Notes under the pieces: generated by a model
Told to the model about the DNA's origin: nothing
Databases searched by the model: none
The model's input: the letters and a program-made list of their open reading frames with translations, nothing else
Position numbers and translations under genes: made by a program
Sequence record: MH550421
Strand: one strand, 5' to 3'
Length of the DNA stretch: 64,000 bases
Source: Enterobacteria phage T6
Part shown: one piece after another, positions 37,434 through 47,703 of the stretch
How the letters are laid out: every line of letters starts with the position of its first letter
Numbering within the stretch: the first letter of the stretch is position 1

Positions 37434-38999
37434 ATGACTATCAAAACTAAAGCTGAACTTTTGAACAAATGGAAGCCATTACTGGAAGGTGAAGGTTTAC
37501 CGGAAATTGCTAATAGCAAACAAGCGATTATCGCTAAAATCTTTGAAAACCAGGAAAAAGATTTCCAGACAGCTCCGGAATATAAAGACGAAAAAATTGC
37601 TCAGGCATTCGGTTCTTTCTTAACAGAAGCTGAAATCGGTGGTGACCACGGTTACAATGCTACTAACATCGCTGCAGGTCAGACTTCTGGCGCAGTAACT
37701 CAGATTGGCCCAGCTGTTATGGGTATGGTACGTCGTGCTATTCCTAACCTGATTGCTTTCGATATTTGCGGTGTTCAGCCGATGAACAGCCCGACTGGCC
37801 AGGTATTCGCACTGCGCGCAGTATATGGTAAAGATCCAATCGCTTCCGGTGCTAAAGAAGCATTCCACCCAATGTATGGTCCAGATGCAATGTTCTCTGG
37901 TCAGGGTGCTGCTAAGAAATTCCCAGCTCTGGCTGCTAGCACACAAACCGTTGTAGGTGATATCTATACTCACTTCTTCCAGGAAACTGGTACTGTGTAT
38001 CTGCAAGCTTCCGCTTTAGTAACAATCGATGCTAGTGCTAACGATGCAACTAAATTAGATGCTGAAATTAAGAAACAAATGGAAGCTGGTGTACTGGTAG
38101 AAATCGCTGAAGGCATGGCTACTTCTATCGCTGAACTTCAGGAAGGTTTCAACGGTTCTACCGATAACCCATGGAATGAAATGGGCTTCCGTATCGATAA
38201 ACAAGTTATCGAAGCTAAATCTCGTCAGCTGAAAGCTGCTTACTCTATCGAATTAGCACAAGACCTCCGCGCTGTTCACGGTATGGATGCTGATGCTGAA
38301 CTGTCTGGTATTCTGGCTACAGAAATTATGCTGGAAATCAACCGCGAAGTTGTTGATTGGATTAACTACTCAGCTCAGGTTGGTAAATCTGGTATGACCC
38401 TGACTCCGGGTTCTAAAGCTGGTGTATTTGACTTCCAGGATCCAATCGATATTCGTGGTGCTCGCTGGGCAGGTGAATCCTTTAAAGCTCTGTTGTTCCA
38501 GATTGACAAAGAAGCAGTTGAAATTGCTCGTCAGACCGGTCGTGGTGAAGGTAACTTCATTATCGCTTCCCGTAACGTAGTTAACGTTCTGGCTTCAGTT
38601 GATACCGGCATTTCTTATGCTGCACAGGGTCTGGCTACCGGCTTTAACACTGATACTACCAAGTCAGTATTTGCTGGTGTTCTGGGTGGTAAATACCGCG
38701 TATATATCGACCAGTATGCTAAACAGGATTATTTCACTGTAGGTTATAAAGGTCCGAACGAAATGGATGCTGGTATTTACTACGCTCCATATGTAGCTCT
38801 GACTCCGCTGCGTGGTTCCGATCCGAAGAACTTCCAACCAGTAATGGGATTCAAAACTCGTTACGGTATCGGTATCAACCCATTTGCAGAATCCGCTGCT
38901 CAGGCTCCGGCTTCTCGCATCCAGAGCGGTATGCCTTCTATTCTGAATAGCCTTGGTAAAAACGCTTACTTTAGACGTGTATATGTTAAAGGTATCTAA
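37434..38999 (+). CDS. 23: gp23 major capsid protein
   Basis: 521 aa starting MTIKTKAELLNKWKPLLEGEGLPEIANSK; strongly biased codon use. Confidence 0.97.
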   Translation: MTIKTKAELLNKWKPLLEGEGLPEIANSKQAIIAKIFENQEKDFQTAPEYKDEKIAQAFGSFLTEAEIGGDHGYNATNIAAGQTSGAVTQIGPAVMGMVRRAIPNLIAFDICGVQPMNSPTGQVFALRAVYGKDPIASGAKEAFHPMYGPDAMFSGQGAAKKFPALAASTQTVVGDIYTHFFQETGTVYLQASALVTIDASANDATKLDAEIKKQMEAGVLVEIAEGMATSIAELQEGFNGSTDNPWNEMGFRIDKQVIEAKSRQLKAAYSIELAQDLRAVHGMDADAELSGILATEIMLEINREVVDWINYSAQVGKSGMTLTPGSKAGVFDFQDPIDIRGARWAGESFKALLFQIDKEAVEIARQTGRGEGNFIIASRNVVNVLASVDTGISYAAQGLATGFNTDTTKSVFAGVLGGKYRVYIDQYAKQDYFTVGYKGPNEMDAGIYYAPYVALTPLRGSDPKNFQPVMGFKTRYGIGINPFAESAAQAPASRIQSGMPSILNSLGKNAYFRRVYVKGI

Positions 39000-39025
39000 T
39001 CTCTAACAATAGAAACACAATTTTA

Positions 39026-39049
39026 GGGAACCTTCGGGTTCCCTTTTTC
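39026..39049 (+). terminator. intrinsic terminator after gene 23
   Basis: Hairpin GGGAACC-UUCG-GGUUCCC followed by UUUUUC. Confidence 0.7.
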
Positions 39050-39720
39050 TATTTTATACGATAGCAATCAGGCATATCATCCGCATTTATCCAATTGCGA
39101 ATAGTTTTAGGACTAACTTTAAAATGCTCCGCTGCGTAATCAGGATTATCAAATTTAACGCCCTTTATACATATTGGAATAAATTTTTTAATACCACCAA
39201 GTTTTTCAGAAATAGCTTTACGATGTGAAATCGATATAGGTTTGTTTTTTCGTGGATGAACATGTGTTTTATAATATTCATTGCGCCCTTTAACTCGCTT
39301 CGCAATAGTTTCATCAGATTGCTTAACGCCTGTTTTTGCCTTTGATATTTTTCGTTTAGCTTCCACAGTCATTCCTTCTTTTGTTCGTATTGATAACATA
39401 TTACGATATGAAGGATCTTGCAAATGAACTATAACTGGATTTCCTCTGCCACCAATAGCAGCATTATAGGTATCAGTTCTCATAACGAATTCCTCATTGA
39501 CTAGTAAAGCTTCCATTTTATACATCTCCTCAGATGAGGAGAAAGAATAAAGAATTTCTTTTTTAAAGTTATGAATACCATATTTTTTGATGGATTTTTT
39601 GATGTTTACGCCAGAACCCATATAACCATCGTTTTCGTCAAGAGTAGCATGAGCTCCGATGTAAATTTTTCCATTGATGATATTAGTAATTTGATATATT
39701 AAATATTTCATTTTAAACAT
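39049..39720 (-). CDS. segD: GIY-YIG homing endonuclease, SegD-like (223 aa from internal ATG)
   Basis: LIYQITNIINGKIYIGAH...GYMGSGVNIKK; between genes 23 and 24 as in T4. Confidence 0.8.
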   Translation of the reverse strand: MFKMKYLIYQITNIINGKIYIGAHATLDENDGYMGSGVNIKKSIKKYGIHNFKKEILYSFSSSEEMYKMEALLVNEEFVMRTDTYNAAIGGRGNPVIVHLQDPSYRNMLSIRTKEGMTVEAKRKISKAKTGVKQSDETIAKRVKGRNEYYKTHVHPRKNKPISISHRKAISEKLGGIKKFIPICIKGVKFDNPDYAAEHFKVSPKTIRNWINADDMPDCYRIK

Positions 39721-39775
39721 CACTCCGTTTGTATATGAATATAATATCATATTACTTTGGTCTTGTAAATAACTT

Positions 39776-39783
39776 TATAAATA
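39776..39783 (+). promoter_or_regulatory. late promoter TATAAATA (gene 24)
   Basis: Exact TATAAATA 27 nt upstream of gene 24 ATG. Confidence 0.55.
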
Positions 39784-39810
39784 GTATTATATTTCAACAA
39801 GGAAAATACA

Positions 39811-41094
39811 ATGGCTAAAATCAACGAACTTCTGCGCGAATCAACCACAACGAATAGCAACTCAATCGGTCGCCCAAATCTCGTTGCTTTGACTCGCGCT
39901 ACCACTAAATTAATATATTCTGACATTGTAGCAACGCAAAGAACTAATCAACCTGTTGCTGCTTTTTATGGTATCAAATACCTTAATCCAGATAACGAAT
40001 TTACATTTAAAACTGGTGCTACTTACGCTGGCGAAGCTGGATACGTAGACCGAGAACAAATCACAGAATTAACAGAAGAGTCTAAATTAACTCTCAATAA
40101 AGGCGATTTATTCAAATATAATAATATCGTTTATAAAGTATTAGAAAATACACCATTTGCTGATATTGAAGAAAGCGATTTAGAATTAGCTCTTCAAATT
40201 GCAATCGTTCTTTTAAAGGTTCGTCTATTTTCTGATGCTGCAGTAACAAGCAAATTTGAAAGCTCTGATAGTGAAATTGCGGATGCTAGATTCCAGATTA
40301 ATAAATGGCAAACCGCAGTTAAATCTCGTAAACTTAAAACTGGCATCACAGTTGAATTAGCACAAGATTTAGAAGCAAACGGATTCGATGCTCCTAATTT
40401 CTTGGAAGATTTGCTTGCAACTGAAATGGCGGATGAAATCAATAAAGATATTTTGCAGTCTTTGATTACAGTGTCAAAACGCTATAAAGTTACAGGAATT
40501 ACTGATACTGGATTCATTGATTTGAGTTATGCATCTGCACCTGAAGCTGGTCGTTCATTATACCGAATGGTATGCGAAATGGTTTCACATATCCAGAAAG
40601 AATCAACTTATACAGCAACGTTCTGTGTTGCTTCAGCTCGTGCCGCTGCGATTCTTGCTGCATCAGGTTGGTTAAAACATAAACCGGAAGATGATAAATA
40701 TCTTTCACAAAATGCCTACGGGTTCTTAGCTAATGGTTTACCGCTTTATTGCGATACCAACAGCCCATTAGATTATGTAATCGTTGGCGTAGTAGAAAAT
40801 ATCGGTGAAAAAGAAATTGTTGGATCAATTTTCTATGCTCCGTATACAGAAGGTCTTGACTTAGATGACCCTGAACATGTAGGTGCATTTAAAGTTGTAG
40901 TTGATCCAGAAAGTTTGCAGCCATCTATCGGTTTATTAGTTAGATATGCTTTATCTGCAAATCCTTACACTGTAGCAAAAGATGAAAAAGAAGCAAGAAT
41001 AATTGATGGTGGAGACATGGATAAAATGGCGGGTCGTTCAGATTTGTCTGTTTTATTAGGTGTTAAGCTACCAAAAATTATCATTGATGAATAA
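39811..41094 (+). CDS. 24: gp24 capsid vertex protein
   Basis: 427 aa; gp23-like fold signature region. Confidence 0.95.
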   Translation: MAKINELLRESTTTNSNSIGRPNLVALTRATTKLIYSDIVATQRTNQPVAAFYGIKYLNPDNEFTFKTGATYAGEAGYVDREQITELTEESKLTLNKGDLFKYNNIVYKVLENTPFADIEESDLELALQIAIVLLKVRLFSDAAVTSKFESSDSEIADARFQINKWQTAVKSRKLKTGITVELAQDLEANGFDAPNFLEDLLATEMADEINKDILQSLITVSKRYKVTGITDTGFIDLSYASAPEAGRSLYRMVCEMVSHIQKESTYTATFCVASARAAAILAASGWLKHKPEDDKYLSQNAYGFLANGLPLYCDTNSPLDYVIVGVVENIGEKEIVGSIFYAPYTEGLDLDDPEHVGAFKVVVDPESLQPSIGLLVRYALSANPYTVAKDEKEARIIDGGDMDKMAGRSDLSVLLGVKLPKIIIDE

Positions 41095-41100
41095 AACAAA

Positions 41101-41122
41101 GGGACCTTTCGGTCCCTTTTTA
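41101..41122. terminator. bidirectional intrinsic terminator between gene 24 and rnlB
   Basis: Hairpin GGGACC-UUUC-GGUCCC with T-runs on both sides. Confidence 0.6.
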
Positions 41123-41123
41123 T

Positions 41124-42128
41124 TTAACTTACCAATTCAATCCAAGCCGGACGAAGTACATCTTGTACCATTTTAACTAATTCCTTCTTAATCAAAGACG
41201 GATTATCCGCTTGAGTTAGAGTAATACCTTCACGAGAAGTTTCTTCCAAAATATCTTGAACAGTTAGTCCCATCACCTTTCCAAAATCCTTTGGACCAAT
41301 TTCGCCAATTTTAGAAATAACGTTATTTACTCGGTTCAGTGTAACGTAACAAGCTAAAATTCCAACCAATTTGTTATCAGCTTCTGACAGTTCAACTTTA
41401 GCTTTAATAGGCTTATCAGACTTTTTCTTTTCACTAAATTTAGAGTTCTTGCATTTGATGGCTACACGATTGCGATTAGGCAGCCAAGAAGGATAACAAG
41501 GTTTCAATACATATCCTTCAGCGGTAAATACTTCGCCTTTTGCTTCAGCATTCCAAACGCATTTATTTGCATCAACTAATCCAGCATGGTCTACCGTAAA
41601 ATTATAATCCTGTACGACAGAATCTAAATCATTTGGCAATTTAATCAGCTCTTCAAATTTACCGCGACCTAAAAGTGGAGCCATTTTAAATTTAAACGTA
41701 TTACAGAATGATTCCATCATATAATCATCGACATAAGTTACATCACCACTTTCTGTAGTAACAATAATGTCAAATACATAAAAATCTTTATCACCATAAT
41801 CGACATTCTTCTGAATGCCAGGTCCAGCGAATTCGCCAAAGACTTGATAAGATACAACCGCTGAAGTTTCCATAATATCTTGTACTGCTTTAATGGAATC
41901 AGCGTAATTCTTCAAAATAATTTCATACCCAAAGAAATCTTCAGCAGGAAGAATAGGACCAGTGCGTTTAGCACAAGTTACTTTATCACGCTCAATAATC
42001 AATGAGAAATTTGTGCCATGAATCTTTTCACGAGCTACCCATTCGCCGCCAGTCAATCCTAAACTGTAAAGTTTTTCAATAAATTTAGAGTTGTAATGAT
42101 TTTCAAGACTGCTATACTTTTTAAACAT
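41124..42128 (-). CDS. rnlB: RNA ligase 2
   Basis: 334 aa; lysine-nucleotidyltransferase motif EKIHGTN near N-terminus; position after gene 24. Confidence 0.9.
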   Translation of the reverse strand: MFKKYSSLENHYNSKFIEKLYSLGLTGGEWVAREKIHGTNFSLIIERDKVTCAKRTGPILPAEDFFGYEIILKNYADSIKAVQDIMETSAVVSYQVFGEFAGPGIQKNVDYGDKDFYVFDIIVTTESGDVTYVDDYMMESFCNTFKFKMAPLLGRGKFEELIKLPNDLDSVVQDYNFTVDHAGLVDANKCVWNAEAKGEVFTAEGYVLKPCYPSWLPNRNRVAIKCKNSKFSEKKKSDKPIKAKVELSEADNKLVGILACYVTLNRVNNVISKIGEIGPKDFGKVMGLTVQDILEETSREGITLTQADNPSLIKKELVKMVQDVLRPAWIELVS

Positions 42129-42137
42129 AATTAATCC

Positions 42138-42416
42138 TCAAAATGTAATTTCTAACCAATCACCATCACGCTGATCACTATTAACTTTAAAGCTGAATCC
42201 TTCTTTTCTCAGCCAATCACCAATTTCTTCAGTAATCAATTTATCACGAGCAGTACAATAATAACTAAAATATGTTTTACCTTGTTCAGCTGCTTTATTA
42301 GCAAGTTCCGAAAAATCTTTAATAAAACACTCTAGCTTAAACTGTTTGCTTTTAAGTGCTTTTTCGCGTAATTGATTAGCAAAAGATTCATTTTCATAAA
42401 GATCATACTGTTCCAT
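42138..42416 (-). CDS. 24.2: hypothetical protein (gene 24.2 position)
   Basis: 92 aa ORF; synteny. Confidence 0.7.
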   Translation of the reverse strand: MEQYDLYENESFANQLREKALKSKQFKLECFIKDFSELANKAAEQGKTYFSYYCTARDKLITEEIGDWLRKEGFSFKVNSDQRDGDWLEITF

Positions 42417-42618
42417 TTTTCACCTTTTTATTAATATGTCTTTTTCTATAGACAACTTTTTCTCGAGTTTCAAATTTATTCTTAGCAGTCATAGCTCGAG
42501 CCCATAATACAGCCACTTCTTTTGCCTGTAAGTTTAATTCACGAGCAATTTCAATGAATGACTTTCCAGACTCATGAAGAGTAAACACCACAACCTCAGT
42601 TCTCATAATCAATCTCAT
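42403..42618 (-). CDS. 24.3: hypothetical small protein, possible HTH (gene 24.3 position)
   Basis: 71 aa; helix-turn-helix-like segment SFIEIARELNLQAKEVAVLWARAM. Confidence 0.65.
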   Translation of the reverse strand: MRLIMRTEVVVFTLHESGKSFIEIARELNLQAKEVAVLWARAMTAKNKFETREKVVYRKRHINKKVKNGTV

Positions 42619-42670
42619 GTTATCGAGTTGGTGCCATTATATACATCATTTTCTGATTGTGTTTTACGTG

Positions 42671-42702
42671 CTTTCAAAATGAAGAAAGGGGCCGAAGCCC
42701 CT
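42671..42702 (-). terminator. intrinsic terminator after hoc
   Basis: Minus-strand hairpin AGGGGC-UUCG-GCCCCU followed by UUCUUCAUUUUG. Confidence 0.6.
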
Positions 42703-42707
42703 TATGA

Positions 42708-43839
42708 TTATGGATAGGTATAGATGATACCAGTTTCTAAAGCAGTTTTATGAATGATGTATCCATTACGTGATTCTTGAACATCAACTTCTGGATAGTC
42801 TTTCATCATCTTCTGAAGAGTGTAACGATGCAGGTAGTATTTACTATCTGGATCTTCAGTTTTCCAATCTTTACCTTCTTCAGTCATTTTTTGAATTTCA
42901 TCCATAACCCACCAACCGCACCAGATGTAAGCTGAAGTACGATGTGGAAGAGGATGAACATAAGGTAATTCACCTTCTGGTTCTGGAGCAACTTTATCAG
43001 TTACCTGAACTTGACCTTCTGCTGTAATAGTTTTGCTATCATAATCAGTAGCAGTAACGACGGCAGTCACTTCAATAGTTTGACTTCCAATAGATGAGGT
43101 ATCAACGGTATATACATTAGTTGACCCTTCTACAGGAGAAGAATCTTTCTTCCATGAATACGCAATTTGCGCTTCTTCTGGAGCATCAGTAACATTAGCA
43201 GTAAATGTAGCCGAAGCATCTTGTTGAACGTTAATAGAAGGAGGAGTCAATGTAACCTGTGGATTCATTGTCTTCTTATTAACCGTTAATGATACTTCAT
43301 TAGAAGTAACTTCCTTTTCATTGTAATTTTCTGCAGTTACTTGGGCTACGCATTTAATTCTTTTTAACTCCACTTGTAGTTGGAGTGTAATTGAATGTAG
43401 CGGAAGTTGCTTCGTCCACAGGAGAACCGTCAACGTACCACTGATATGTGGCGTTTGCGCCCGATGGCTGCGAAGCTAAAGTAGCGGTAAATTCAACAGC
43501 TGTTCCGATTACTCCAGCATCAGGGCTACCAGGAGTTACGGCTAAAGTAGTTGTTTGTGTCTTATTTTGAACTGTGATAGTTGTACTAATTTCAGCTGTT
43601 TCGGGACTACTATCGGCAACTTGATTTGTTGCAACTACTTTAATAGTCTTTTGACCGGCAGGTCCTTTTAGTACATAACTAAAAGTTGCTGACGTTTCTT
43701 CCTGTGGAACATCGTCTACAGTCCAAGCATAGGTAATAGTTCCACCTCCAGTTTCACCACTGGGTGTAGCAGTAAACTGCTTAGTTTCATCAATAACCCC
43801 TGTTGGTGTTTTAGGAGTTATATCAACTGTAAAAGCCAT
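42708..43839 (-). pseudogene. hoc: hoc (Ig-like capsid decoration protein) split by +1 frameshift
   Basis: ORFs 43354..43839 and 42708..43433 are two frames of one Ig-repeat gene; frame changes at an A5 run near 43363-43367. Confidence 0.7.
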
Positions 43840-43848
43840 AAGTTATCC

Positions 43849-44529
43849 TTATTTTAATGTTACGAAAGAAGAATTACGTGTTTCACGAATTAGAACTGAT
43901 CCGTCGCGATTAATGTAATAAATTAAGCTAAATAAAGTTTGGTGTGCCGACGCATGTTCAAAACTAGTTGGTTGAGATTTCCAATCCGGAGTTTCAGCGA
44001 TCCATTGATAAATCCACCAAGGAACAGTGCAGAATCCTGGATTTTTTCCAATCAGCTGAAGATTCGGACTAAAGTTTTCCGGAAGAGTAAATACAGACGG
44101 CTTTTCAGATTCAATAATCTCAGCTACAGCCTGTTCGAATTTTTCTTCAACAAAAGGAGTATCTTCAATCAAAACTGAGGTATTTTCAGGAATTTTATCA
44201 GTTTCTACTACTTCAATTTTAATGTCAGATTTAATCGGAGAATCAATCAGAAGTGCTGCTTCTGGATTGACTTCTTCATCGTCATATTTTAATCCCTCTG
44301 CGGCATCAGCAGCATCAATTAAGTCTTTAATAGATAACCCATCAGTCTCTGGCATAGGTTCACTAGCGAGCTTCTGGAGGGCTTCTTCAATATCATTAAC
44401 GATATTATCAAAAGATTTATTCTTTTTGACCTTTATACCAAACTGTTCAGCATATTCAGCTAATTTAGCTTTAGCTTCTTTGTTATCATCAAGAGCCTTC
44501 AGCTCTGCAATATAATCTTTATCTATCAT
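43849..44529 (-). CDS. inh: Inh, inhibitor of prohead protease
   Basis: 226 aa at the position between hoc and segE. Confidence 0.8.
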   Translation of the reverse strand: MIDKDYIAELKALDDNKEAKAKLAEYAEQFGIKVKKNKSFDNIVNDIEEALQKLASEPMPETDGLSIKDLIDAADAAEGLKYDDEEVNPEAALLIDSPIKSDIKIEVVETDKIPENTSVLIEDTPFVEEKFEQAVAEIIESEKPSVFTLPENFSPNLQLIGKNPGFCTVPWWIYQWIAETPDWKSQPTSFEHASAHQTLFSLIYYINRDGSVLIRETRNSSFVTLK

Positions 44530-44542
44530 AATATTTCCTCAG

Positions 44543-44550
44543 TATAAATA
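44543..44550 (+). promoter_or_regulatory. late promoter TATAAATA upstream of segE-like gene
   Basis: Exact TATAAATA 28 nt upstream of segE ATG. Confidence 0.45.
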
Positions 44551-44578
44551 TAGATATATTTATTACTCGGAAAATAGT

Positions 44579-45196
44579 ATGTACCACTTTGTATATGAAA
44601 CAACAAATCTAATAAATGGTAAAAAGTATATAGGAAAGCACTCTACTGATGACTTGAATGATGGTTACCTTGGTTCCGGTAAGGCAATTCAGCAGGCTAT
44701 AAAGAAATATGGTGAAAACAATTTCTCTAGAACAATACTAAAAGAGTTTAAAACTTCCGAAGAAGCGTACATGTATGAAGAAGAAATTATAACTCCTGAA
44801 CTAATAAAAAGCAAAAATTATTATAATATGAAACCTGGCGGAATTGGTGGAATTGTTATGACTACAGAGGTTATAGCAAAGATGAAAGAATCTTCCGCTA
44901 AAAGATTTGAAAACTCACCGGGCACGGTATTAGGTAAAACTTGTTATACTAATGGAACTAAAAATATTTTTATTAAACCTGGAGAACTTGTTCCAGAAGG
45001 ATTTGTAAAAGGGATGGTTCATCCTAATAGAAAGTCCAGAAAAGGATGTAAAGTCAAACCGACTACCACAGGAACTTTTTGGGTCAATAATGGCGCAATA
45101 AATAAATTAATACAACCAGACGGTATTATTCCCGACGGATTTATTAAAGGTCGTCTCATGAAAAGAGATTCTAAAGGCAAATTTAGTAAGGCATAA
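44579..45196 (+). CDS. segE: GIY-YIG homing endonuclease, SegE-like
   Basis: 205 aa; FVYETTNLINGKKYIGKH...GYLGSGKAIQQ. Confidence 0.85.
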   Translation: MYHFVYETTNLINGKKYIGKHSTDDLNDGYLGSGKAIQQAIKKYGENNFSRTILKEFKTSEEAYMYEEEIITPELIKSKNYYNMKPGGIGGIVMTTEVIAKMKESSAKRFENSPGTVLGKTCYTNGTKNIFIKPGELVPEGFVKGMVHPNRKSRKGCKVKPTTTGTFWVNNGAINKLIQPDGIIPDGFIKGRLMKRDSKGKFSKA

Positions 45197-45198
45197 TT

Positions 45199-46706
45199 AT
45201 GGATATTAAAGTACATTTTCACGACTTCAGTCATGTACGCATCGATTGTGAAGAGAGCACGTTTCACGAATTAAGAGATTTCTTTTCGTTTGAGGCCGAT
45301 GGATATAGATTTAATCCTCGCTTCAGATGTGGCAACTGGGATGGACGAATCCGTCTTTTAGATTATAATCGACTTCTTCCATTCGGCTTAGTCGGGCAAA
45401 TTAAAAAGTTCTGTGATAACTTTGGCTATAAAGCCTGGATTGACCCACAAATTAACGAAAAAGAAGAATTATCAAGAAAAGATTTTGATGAATGGCTTTC
45501 TAAATTAGAAATCTATTCAGGAAATAAAAGAATTGAACCACACTGGTATCAAAAAGATGCAGTGTTCGAAGGATTAGTTAATCGTCGTAGAATTCTTAAT
45601 CTTCCAACATCTGCAGGTAAATCTTTAATTCAAGCTTTGCTTGCGCGGTATTATTTGGAAAATTATGAAGGTAAAATTCTTATCATTGTTCCAACAACTG
45701 CTCTGACAACTCAGATGGCTGATGACTTTGTTGACTATCGTTTATTCAGTCATGCAATGATAAAGAAAATCGGTGGCGGAGCATCAAAAGATGATAAATA
45801 TAAAAATGATGCACCAGTCGTTGTTGGTACATGGCAAACTGTAGTTAAACAACCGAAAGAATGGTTCTCACAGTTTGGAATGATGATGAATGATGAATGC
45901 CATCTTGCTACAGGAAAAAGTATTTCATCTATCATATCAGGATTAAATAATTGCATGTTTAAATTTGGTTTGTCTGGTTCATTACGTGATGGAAAAGCCA
46001 ATATCATGCAGTATGTTGGAATGTTTGGTGAAATATTTAAGCCAGTAACGACTTCTAAGTTAATGGAAGATGGACAAGTAACTGAGCTAAAAATTAATAG
46101 TATTTTTCTTCGCTATCCCGATGAGTTCACTACTAAATTAAAGGGAAAAACTTACCAAGAAGAAATAAAAATTATTACTGGGCTTAGTAAAAGAAATAAA
46201 TGGATCGCTAAATTAGCTATTAAGCTTGCGCAAAAAGATGAAAACGCTTTTGTCATGTTTAACATGTATCGCATGGTAAAGCTATTTTCGATTTAATTAA
46301 AAATGAATACGATAAAGTTTATTACGTATCAGGGGAAGTTGATACCGAAACCCGCAATATAATGAAAACCTTAGCTGAAAATGGTAAAGGAATAATTATA
46401 GTAGCTAGTTATGGTGTATTTTCTACTGGTATTTCAGTTAAAAATCTGCATCACGTTGTTTTAGCGCACGGTGTTAAATCAAAAATCATTGTATTACAAA
46501 CAATCGGTCGTGTATTACGTAAGCATGGTTCTAAAACAATCGCAACAGTCTGGGACCTCATAGATGACGCGGGCGTAGTTTCTAAATCAAAAACATCTTC
46601 TAAAAAATACTCGCATTTAAACTATCTTTTAAAACATGGAATTGATCGTATTCAGCGTTATGCTGATGAAAAGTTTAATTATGTGATGAAAGAGGTTAAA
46701 CTTTGA
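45199..46706 (+). pseudogene. uvsW: uvsW helicase split by -1 frameshift
   Basis: ORF 45199..46296 (helicase motif PTSAGKS) ends after frame change at TTTAAC near 46258-46263; downstream frame continues HVSHGKAIFDLIKNEYDKV... to 46706. Confidence 0.7.
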
Positions 46707-47395
46707 ATTATAAATTAATATATGATAATTTAATTAATAGAGCCCAGAATCGGGCTCGCCTTAATGAATACACTGAAACACATCATATAATTCCTAGATG
46801 TATGGGTGGTACAAATGATAAGTGTAATTTAGTAGAACTAACGGCTGAAGAACATTTTATAGCCCATAAACTTTTAGCTAAAATTCATCCAAACCATTAC
46901 GGTATAATTAAAGCTGTTATATGTATGGGGATGAATTCAAATACTCATGAAAGACACGTCAATAAATCTTACGCATGGGAACGTCGTAAAATGGCAGAAC
47001 TTCAATCCGGCGAAGGTAATCCATTTTACGGAAAACACCATACGGAAGAACATAAACAATATATGTCAAAACTCATGAAAAGTCGTCCAATTACATGGGG
47101 AAATAAAATTAGTAAAACTAAAAGAATGAACCCAACGAAATGGACTGAAGAAGCTAAAAGATTACATTCAATCAATCAATCGGGTAAAAATAACGGCATG
47201 TATGGAAGGAAACATTCCGCTAAATCTATTCAGAAAATTAAAGATAACATGCCAGATAATTCAGGAGCTAATAACCCAGCTGCTAAACCTATAGAAGTAA
47301 ATGGTGTTAAGTATAAATGTATGAAAGATGCTTCTAAAGCTACTGGATTATCAATGTACAAACTAAGAATACTTAGAAAAACAGTTAATTTATAA
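46703..47395 (+). CDS. freestanding HNH endonuclease, paralog of the 13/14 HNH; probable TTG start
   Basis: ETHHIIPRCMGGTNDKCNLVELTAEEHFIAH; N-terminus MNYKLIYDNLINR matches [13 protein letters not shown] at 25579; GAGG RBS before TTG. Confidence 0.75.
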   Translation: MNYKLIYDNLINRAQNRARLNEYTETHHIIPRCMGGTNDKCNLVELTAEEHFIAHKLLAKIHPNHYGIIKAVICMGMNSNTHERHVNKSYAWERRKMAELQSGEGNPFYGKHHTEEHKQYMSKLMKSRPITWGNKISKTKRMNPTKWTEEAKRLHSINQSGKNNGMYGRKHSAKSIQKIKDNMPDNSGANNPAAKPIEVNGVKYKCMKDASKATGLSMYKLRILRKTVNL

Positions 47396-47408
47396 GGGCT
47401 TCGGCCCT

Positions 47409-47651
47409 TTGGAGAAAAAGATGTTACTAGAATTTAAACAATTTCTTTATGAAGCTTCTATTGATGAATTTATGGGTAAAATTGCCTCTTGTCAAACATT
47501 AGAAGGTTTAGAAGAACTTGAAGCTTATTATAAGAAAAGAGTCAAAGAAACTGAATTAAAAGATACTGATGACATCTCTGTGAGAGATGCTTTGGCAGGA
47601 AAAAGAGCTGAATTAGAAGATTCAGACGATGAAGTAGAAGAAAGCTTTTAA
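47409..47651 (+). CDS. uvsW.1: small acidic helical protein (UvsW.1-like)
   Basis: 80 aa with RBS GGAGAAAAAG; position downstream of uvsW. Confidence 0.65.
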   Translation: MEKKMLLEFKQFLYEASIDEFMGKIASCQTLEGLEELEAYYKKRVKETELKDTDDISVRDALAGKRAELEDSDDEVEESF

Positions 47652-47703
47652 ATTAAAAAAGGCCCAACCAAAAAGGAAGGGCCAAAACTATAGACTAAAG
47701 GTC

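Noticed and set aside
37620-38006. Minus-strand 128-aa ORF inside gene 23
   Set aside because: Antisense to the major capsid gene.
44222-44515. Plus-strand 97-aa Ser/Ala-rich ORF
   Set aside because: Antisense to inh, which is supported by synteny and length.
42708-46706. Programmed ribosomal frameshifting as the explanation for the split hoc and uvsW frames
   Set aside because: Neither site has a slippery heptamer with a downstream structure, and the frame shifts are in opposite directions; both are simple one-base length changes in A-runs, so mutation or sequencing error is the simpler explanation.
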